Of a stretch of DNA of 19,581 nt, positions 15,079 through 19,581 are shown one piece after another; within the stretch, counting starts at the first letter, position 1; each line of letters opens with the position of its first letter. The translations under genes were made by a program, and so were the position numbers. The notes under the pieces were generated by a model. That model was given only the letters and a program-made list of their open reading frames with translations. It made no database searches and had not been told where the DNA came from. Source of the DNA: a virus; UHGV virus genome UHGV-0096789, one strand, 5' to 3'.

Positions 15079-15108
15079 GCACAAAAAAACCGCTGGCGCG
15101 GTTGTGCG
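15079..15108 (-). terminator. Minus-strand intrinsic-terminator-like element downstream of orf183
   Basis: On the minus strand: stem CCGC-GCCA-GCGG followed by TTTTTTT, nested in outer inverted repeat CGCACAA/TTGTGCG; ~120 nt after the orf183 stop. Confidence 0.4.
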
Positions 15109-15223
15109 CTTGTGTAGTTAGCAGGCTGCGAAACCCGGCACCCGTTTTATGAGGTGCAGCGGAAATGTAACCTGACTGATTGCGGCATGGCAAGCGGTTT
15201 TTTTGTGTGTACATAGTGGTTAC

Positions 15224-15775
15224 TCAGTCCGGTAGTAGTTCGCAAAGCACGGTATCAGCGGCGGTATATCGTGCGTAAAGCCTGGCGGGGACCCATCTTT
15301 TAAGGGATATCCCGGTCGTGTCCCGGATGTGCTTCCTGATTTCGCTGAATGTCATCCCCTTCTCATCACGCAGTTCAGTTACCAGCTCCACCAGGTGATC
15401 GCTGTATCTGGTTCTGTGGTGGAGTTCCCCGTATTTCCTGAACCGATACCCTCTTTTTCTCAGGTTCAGTTCTACCGTGGATGGCGAGCGCCCCAGCTCA
15501 TTCGCGAGTTCCCGGATGGTTTTTGTGTGGCGATTCCTGATGAGCATGCTGAGTTCTTTTGTACTCAGTGGAGTTTGTTTGGCGTGAATAACCCCCTGAG
15601 AGAGCAAAAGACGGATGCGGCTTCGTATTGCTGACTCGGTTCTCTGAAAATGCTTTGTCAGCTCCGGCGCTGTGTGGGAGTGGTATAACGTGGCTAAAAG
15701 TTCATCCTCCTGCTGTGTCCATGGCTTTACATGTGCCGGAGCCACACCAGGCGTACCCATTGGTTTGAGTTTCAT
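15224..15775 (-). CDS. Putative DNA-binding protein with three HTH-like repeats, 183 aa
   Basis: AAGGGAG RBS before ATG 15775; three similar segments (KPWTQQEDELLATLY...TESAIRSRIRLL; LSTKELSMLIRNRHTKTIRELANELGRSPSTVELNLRKRGY; LVELVTELRDEKGMTFSEIRKHIRD) suggest repeated HTH/Myb-like modules; assignment by motif only. Confidence 0.55.
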   Translation of the reverse strand: MKLKPMGTPGVAPAHVKPWTQQEDELLATLYHSHTAPELTKHFQRTESAIRSRIRLLLSQGVIHAKQTPLSTKELSMLIRNRHTKTIRELANELGRSPSTVELNLRKRGYRFRKYGELHHRTRYSDHLVELVTELRDEKGMTFSEIRKHIRDTTGISLKRWVPARLYARYTAADTVLCELLPD

Positions 15776-15789
15776 TGTGATTTACTCCC

Positions 15790-16089
15790 TTACTGGTTAA
15801 GGAAAAAATCGAAAACGTTGTCGATGCGTTGCAGCAGCTCCTGCTGCATCGCTTCCGGCGTTTCTGATTCACCTGGTGACTCCAGCGGTGCGCAGAAATC
15901 CTTGATTTCATGATGGAGCGTCAGGCGAATGGCAGGAGCCATGGTTCTGGCGTGCTCCAGCTCATCCAGAAGCGCCAGCACGGCAGACGGCGAGAACATT
16001 GCGCAAAACGCCAGTAATTTTTGATGTGTTGCCATTCGTTGCAGGTCAGTCGCCAGTTCGCGTAATTTCTGGTGGTTGATGGTGCTCAT
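15790..16089 (-). CDS. Hypothetical early protein, 99 aa
   Basis: GAAGGAAG RBS; ATG 16089 overlaps the upstream gene stop (ATGA). Confidence 0.5.
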   Translation of the reverse strand: MSTINHQKLRELATDLQRMATHQKLLAFCAMFSPSAVLALLDELEHARTMAPAIRLTLHHEIKDFCAPLESPGESETPEAMQQELLQRIDNVFDFFLNQ

Positions 16090-16325
16090 GCTCTGGCTTC
16101 CTTCAGTAGCTGGTTAAACATGTGGGTTAGTGGGTTGCCACACCCGAACGGCAGCGTGTTCACCTCGTAGCAAAACTCCGATGCGCGTTCTTTCCTGTTA
16201 ACGTGACCATCGCTCCAGAGTCGGCGTAGCCCTCTAGTGATAACTTGTTTTGGCATATTCAATGCGGCTGCAATCTCGCTACTGGTGCATCCCGGATGGG
16301 CTGCGATGTAGTCCAGAATGGTCAT
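16086..16325 (-). CDS. Small winged-helix-like DNA-binding protein, 79 aa
   Basis: AGGAG RBS; MTILDYIAAHPGCTSSEIAAALNMPKQVITRGLRRLWSDGHV resembles a MarR/wHTH recognition unit; translationally coupled both sides. Confidence 0.55.
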   Translation of the reverse strand: MTILDYIAAHPGCTSSEIAAALNMPKQVITRGLRRLWSDGHVNRKERASEFCYEVNTLPFGCGNPLTHMFNQLLKEARA

Positions 16326-16525
16326 CTGCGTGGCTCCTGTACCTGTCGGATAAGATTCACCCGTGCCACGTTGGTGGCGCAGAAGTAAGTGCCGTCAGTG
16401 AGATAGATGTGATGTGCATCCTTTTCTGAACGGTGTTTGTCGATTGTGGTAATCAGGCGTTCGTCAACTTCGTATTCACGTCCTCTGGAGGTGAAACGAA
16501 CGACAGGAAAATGCTTAATTGCCAT
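16322..16525 (-). CDS. Hypothetical early protein, 67 aa
   Basis: Strong AGGAGG RBS 5 nt before ATG 16525; stop overlaps the next start. Confidence 0.5.
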   Translation of the reverse strand: MAIKHFPVVRFTSRGREYEVDERLITTIDKHRSEKDAHHIYLTDGTYFCATNVARVNLIRQVQEPRR

Positions 16526-16552
16526 TACGCCTCCTGGGTGTGTGCGAATACC

Positions 16553-16574
16553 TCCGCGAATGCGGATTTTTTTT
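16553..16574 (+). terminator. Plus-strand intrinsic-terminator-like element (TCCGC-GAAT-GCGGA then T8) antisense to the early operon
   Basis: Inverted repeat 16553-16566 followed by eight T at 16567-16574; in the spacer between the 37-aa peptide gene and orf67. Confidence 0.4.
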
Positions 16575-16612
16575 CACATTTTCTTATTTAATCTGGTGTT
16601 TTATTGGCGCTG

Positions 16613-16726
16613 TTATTCGCCAGTGAAAAAACGTTCAATCTTTTTCACGGAATCAATAATTCGCACAATGCCAATGGCGCAGAACACCGAAATAACCAGG
16701 ACAAGCCAGGATATAAATATACTCAT
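16613..16726 (-). CDS. Unannotated small hydrophobic peptide, 37 aa (MSIFISWLVLVISVFCAIGIVRIIDSVKKIERFFTGE)
   Basis: Hand-translated from the minus strand: ATG 16726..16724 overlaps the stop of orf80 (ATGA), GGGGAA 7 nt upstream, TAA at 16615..16613; one TM-like helix then charged tail; below the ORF-track length cutoff. Confidence 0.35.
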   Translation of the reverse strand: MSIFISWLVLVISVFCAIGIVRIIDSVKKIERFFTGE

Positions 16727-16965
16727 GCGATATTCCCCAGTGTGTACGGCTTAATATAATCCCCGTTTTCTGCGGCGCAGACGAGTTCGGAAAGTTCGTC
16801 GAGTGCATCGAAATCGTCAGCGTAAAAAGCTGCGTCGTACAGACTCCTGATGGCTCTGGTCAATGACTCGCGGGCTGCACGTTCAGCATGAACCCCTGAT
16901 GCGCTTAAACGAAAATAAAAACGCTCAAGAGCTTTGTTGATGAGGGTTTTGTATTCTGTACCCAT
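16723..16965 (-). CDS. Hypothetical early protein, 80 aa
   Basis: ORF in the compact early operon; no family recognised. Confidence 0.5.
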   Translation of the reverse strand: MGTEYKTLINKALERFYFRLSASGVHAERAARESLTRAIRSLYDAAFYADDFDALDELSELVCAAENGDYIKPYTLGNIA

Positions 16966-16986
16966 CTGGCGTTATCCCGAAAATAA

Positions 16987-17244
16987 TTAAAGAAGATGCT
17001 CGATTGATTTACCGGATTTAATCTGTTCAATCATTTCGTTAATCATGAAGAACGGTGGGTAATCATTTGCGGCTGCGGCAACCTCTCTTAATGACTCCAG
17101 TCCGTTAATCAGTTGGCGTTTTGCTTTGGCTGGACTTCTTTCTCCGTTAAGCATGTTGAAAGCGCAGTGCGTGACTACTCGATGAGCAAGACATCGGTAG
17201 ACCGCCTCCGGTGTTGCTTTTTCGCCTGTTGCTGAGGCTGTCAT
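16987..17244 (-). CDS. Hypothetical early protein, 85 aa
   Basis: ORF 3 nt downstream of orf116 stop; no family recognised. Confidence 0.5.
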   Translation of the reverse strand: MTASATGEKATPEAVYRCLAHRVVTHCAFNMLNGERSPAKAKRQLINGLESLREVAAAANDYPPFFMINEMIEQIKSGKSIEHLL

Positions 17245-17247
17245 TGG

Positions 17248-17598
17248 TCAATAGCTCCACGGGTGCTGAAAACTACGGCCTGCAATTAAGCGGTCAACGG
17301 TGCGCAGTGCTTCGTATAATGTGAAATCCTGTCCGAACTGATTGTCGCCGTTGCTCAGTGCAAAAATGCGGTTTCCGGTAAACGGATTACGTGGGCATTT
17401 GTGGACCACGATTCCAGCTTTCTCAATCAGCCAGGCATGTTCGCCGATTTGTTTTACAACGTGACCATCTGGTGTCGCGTGTGTATTGCTCAGGCTGTAG
17501 CGGATGCTATTGCGCGATGCGCTGGTAGCGAAACGGTTGGTGTGGCGTTTCGTTCCGTTGTGGAAGCGCTGCTGTGAAGAATTGCGCCGTTCTTTCAT
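17248..17598 (-). CDS. Hypothetical early protein, 116 aa
   Basis: ORF directly downstream of the cox-like gene; no family recognised. Confidence 0.5.
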   Translation of the reverse strand: MKERRNSSQQRFHNGTKRHTNRFATSASRNSIRYSLSNTHATPDGHVVKQIGEHAWLIEKAGIVVHKCPRNPFTGNRIFALSNGDNQFGQDFTLYEALRTVDRLIAGRSFQHPWSY

Positions 17599-17635
17599 AT
17601 CAAAATACTCCGCCTAAAATGAATTATTGTTTGAG

Positions 17636-18061
17636 TTATGCTGCTTTACCGCTGATATTTCTGTTTCGCCTGCCACTTGTTGGCTTAAATAAAAACAGAC
17701 GGTTTTCCCAGTCGTGCCATTCCTGAGGTGCGTTTTCGATGAGTCGATCGCATGCTTCATCCCACGCTTTTCTGTTGATGTAGAGTTCAGCGTTTCCGCC
17801 TGGTTTGAGAGGGTCCGCCATATACACCGCAGGTAGCTTTCCTGCTTTGGCCATGCTTACGATGGCGTCAACGGTCTTTCCGATATATATCGCAAATCCT
17901 TCTTTTGACAGGAGATGCGAGGGATTTTCTGAAAGTCGAATTTCTTCACGTTCACGTGCTTTGCGTCCTGTTTTTTGATGCTCCCCTTCTGGCATTTTTG
18001 GCTGGTGATCGCATCGTGTTTCGCAAAGTGACTCAGGCGCGTTTTGAGTGCTTTCTTGCAT
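17636..18061 (-). CDS. Cox/Apl-like HTH protein at the first position of the early lytic operon (probable excision/switch regulator), 141 aa
   Basis: Strong GGAGGA RBS 7 nt before ATG 18061; divergent from C; central HTH-like segment FAIYIGKTVDAIVSMAKAGKLPAV; longer than P2 Cox (91 aa). Confidence 0.55.
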   Translation of the reverse strand: MQESTQNAPESLCETRCDHQPKMPEGEHQKTGRKAREREEIRLSENPSHLLSKEGFAIYIGKTVDAIVSMAKAGKLPAVYMADPLKPGGNAELYINRKAWDEACDRLIENAPQEWHDWENRLFLFKPTSGRRNRNISGKAA

Positions 18062-18169
18062 CTGATATCCTCCGCCATTGGTGCTTTCTTCTAACTAGCA
18101 CCATTTAGAACTAGTTAGCGCAATCCATCGTGTGTTAATTGATGCATAAACTAAGTGAGTTAACTTACT
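18062..18169. promoter_or_regulatory. Immunity-switch intergenic region (early and repressor promoters with operator-like repeats)
   Basis: Between divergent cox-like and C genes; CTAACTAG (18091-18098) and its reverse complement CTAGTTAG (18111-18118), plus the 8-bp palindrome AACTAGTT (18109-18116). Confidence 0.5.
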
Positions 18170-18469
18170 ATGTCAACTACCGTAGCTATGAAAATTCGCA
18201 TCATGCGGAAGTCAGAAATGCTTACGCAAGAAAAAATGGCAGAGATTACTGGGCTTACTCTTGCTGCATTAAGGCAATATGAGCAAGGACGAAATGAACC
18301 CAACCTTGAGTCAACAAAAAAGCTTCTGAAAGCTCCCATGTTCCGTAAGTACCGCGACTGGTTTCTGTTTGATGAAGTTGACCCCAAGACCGGGCAGGTT
18401 GTGCCGGCTCTCGCACACATTGGGCAAGGCGAAGCGGAATTATCCCGCTCCGGCAAGAAAACTGGTTAA
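18170..18469 (+). CDS. C: Immunity repressor (P2 C-like)
   Basis: 99-aa ORF resembling remembered P2 C (same length; IRIMRKSE..., PALAH.GQ, C-terminal SGKKTG); immediately upstream of int as in P2. Confidence 0.85.
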   Translation: MSTTVAMKIRIMRKSEMLTQEKMAEITGLTLAALRQYEQGRNEPNLESTKKLLKAPMFRKYRDWFLFDEVDPKTGQVVPALAHIGQGEAELSRSGKKTG

Positions 18470-18490
18470 CGGTTCACCAGGCATTTTTTT
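18462..18490 (+). terminator. Weak terminator/attenuator-like hairpin plus T7 between C and int
   Basis: CTGGT-N9-ACCAG (18462-18480) then GCA and seven T (18484-18490); overlaps the C stop codon; 5-bp stem only. Confidence 0.3.
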
Positions 18491-18535
18491 CCCAGAGCTG
18501 TGATCAAGATGATGTTTTCATTGGAGGGCTTCCTT

Positions 18536-19531
18536 ATGTCGATTAAGAAGCTCGCTAATGGCAAATTTTGTGTGGACGTGCGGCCTGCTGGATCGGAAGG
18601 AAAGAGATTCAGACGGCGATTTGATACTCGTGGTGAGGCTGTTTTGTATGAGCGTCATGTATTGCAGCATTACCACGACAAAGACTGGGTTGATAAGCCA
18701 ACAGAACGGCGCTCGCTGAGGGAGTTGCTGGATTGTTGGTGGCTATACCACGGGAAAAATCATCCTTATGGTGCGATGGAGCGAGTGCGTATTTCTGCGG
18801 TCATTAGTGATCTTGAAAGTATTAATGTTACACGCAGTGACCAACTTACTCGTAAGAACATAATTAATTATCGCTTATTGCTGCTTAACCGCGGAATAAA
18901 ACAATCCACGGTTAATCGTTATTGTGCAATGATGAGTGGTTTCTTCACAAAACTAATTGACGCAGAGGAATATTCTGGGGCTAATCCGTTTCATGATATA
19001 AAAAAACTTAATATCAAACAGCCTGAAATGGCTTATTTGTATCATGAAGATATTCCACGATTACTGGAGTTGTTATCTGGTGATGAATTAAAAGCCGTCT
19101 TGTTGTGTCTGGCAACAGGTGGAAGATGGAGTGAGGTTGCAAATATCAAGGGGGAGCATGTTATTAGCGGCAAAGTCATTTTTATGGAAACCAAAAATGG
19201 GAAGCGTCGCGTTATACCTATATCGTCAGAACTGGAGTGCATGATTAAAACAAAGGCCACTGGTCGTTTAATTTATCCAAGTTATGCAGCTGTCAGAGCT
19301 GCTATCAGAAAGGTGAGGCCCGATCTTCCTGAAGGGCAGTCGATACATGTTTTACGGCATACCTTTGCCACTCACTTCATGATTAATGGTGGGAATATCA
19401 TCACTTTGCAGAGAATACTTGGACATAGCACTATTCAGCAGACGATGACTTATGCCCATTTTGCACCGGATTATCTACAGGATGCTGTGCGCTTTAATCC
19501 TGTGGCTGAGTTGTCCAGATATTGCCCATAA
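18536..19531 (+). CDS. int: Tyrosine integrase (P2 Int-like)
   Basis: ORF 18500..19531; start taken at ATG 18536 (MSIKKLANGKFCVDVRPAGSEGKRFRRRF...) with GGAGGG 6 nt upstream; C-terminal catalytic region HVLRHTFATHFMINGGNIITLQRILGHSTIQQTMTYAHFAPDYLQDAV nearly identical in pattern to P2 Int. Confidence 0.9.
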   Translation: MSIKKLANGKFCVDVRPAGSEGKRFRRRFDTRGEAVLYERHVLQHYHDKDWVDKPTERRSLRELLDCWWLYHGKNHPYGAMERVRISAVISDLESINVTRSDQLTRKNIINYRLLLLNRGIKQSTVNRYCAMMSGFFTKLIDAEEYSGANPFHDIKKLNIKQPEMAYLYHEDIPRLLELLSGDELKAVLLCLATGGRWSEVANIKGEHVISGKVIFMETKNGKRRVIPISSELECMIKTKATGRLIYPSYAAVRAAIRKVRPDLPEGQSIHVLRHTFATHFMINGGNIITLQRILGHSTIQQTMTYAHFAPDYLQDAVRFNPVAELSRYCP

Positions 19532-19581
19532 AATAGGACTAAATAAGCCGACTTAAGACTATGTGTATTGATGTAACTAAT

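Larger units (their letters stand above)
1..19581. mobile_element. Segment of an integrated P2-family temperate prophage (late lysis/head genes through integrase)
   Basis: Colinear P2-like gene set recognised from translated ORFs (lysis cassette, L, M, N, O, P, Q, A, cox-like, C, int) in the P2 prophage order int-C-cox-...-A-[variable]-Q-P-O-N-M-L-X-Y-K, here inverted; compact operons with ATGA start/stop overlaps. Confidence 0.9.

Noticed and set aside
14597-15214. Minus-strand 205-aa ORF spanning the non-coding gap
   Set aside because: Runs through the terminator-like hairpin and repeat motifs with a Ser/Thr/Arg-rich product; the 76-aa frame with an AAGAGG RBS is more credible, though neither is certain.
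14904-15223. LexA (SOS) box upstream of orf76, as in 186 tum
   Set aside because: TACTGTATTGCCACG lacks the second CAG half-site, so it is not a convincing CTGT-N8-ACAG operator.
17857-18078. Alternative-frame 73-aa ORF overlapping the cox-like gene
   Set aside because: Same strand but a different frame inside a gene with a strong RBS; Lys-rich low-complexity product.
1-19581. CRISPR arrays, tRNA/rRNA genes, IS elements
   Set aside because: No spaced direct-repeat arrays, no tRNA-like cloverleaf candidates noticed, and no transposase-like ORF; the only recombinase is the phage integrase.

Overview
This 19.6-kb window lies entirely inside an integrated P2-family (P2/186-like) temperate prophage of an enterobacterial-type host, inverted relative to the usual P2 map. 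Left to right: the late operon on the minus strand (start of R, overlapped spanins lysC/lysB, endolysin K, holin Y, X, L, terminase subunit M, capsid N, scaffold O); the divergent packaging genes P and Q on the plus strand; a ~3.4-kb variable cargo region (7964-11373) at the position where P2 carries tin/old; replication initiator A; an early operon of small genes; the cox-like/C-repressor immunity switch; and the integrase at the right edge. The cargo region is the most interesting part: it holds no Old or Tin homolog but instead (i) a 175-aa protein of unknown function, (ii) a strongly AT-rich gene for a 3-helix membrane protein, flanked together with (i) by imperfect ~30-bp direct repeats, and (iii) a ParM/ParR actin-like partition module followed by a small zinc-ribbon/coiled-coil protein. 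Other observations are an unannotated 37-aa hydrophobic peptide gene, a repeat-rich non-coding gap inside the early operon, and tandem hairpin repeats at the A/parM junction. All calls rest on reading the translated ORFs, start-codon/RBS context and remembered family sequences; no database search or computation was run, so family assignments for the small early proteins and the cargo proteins are provisional.
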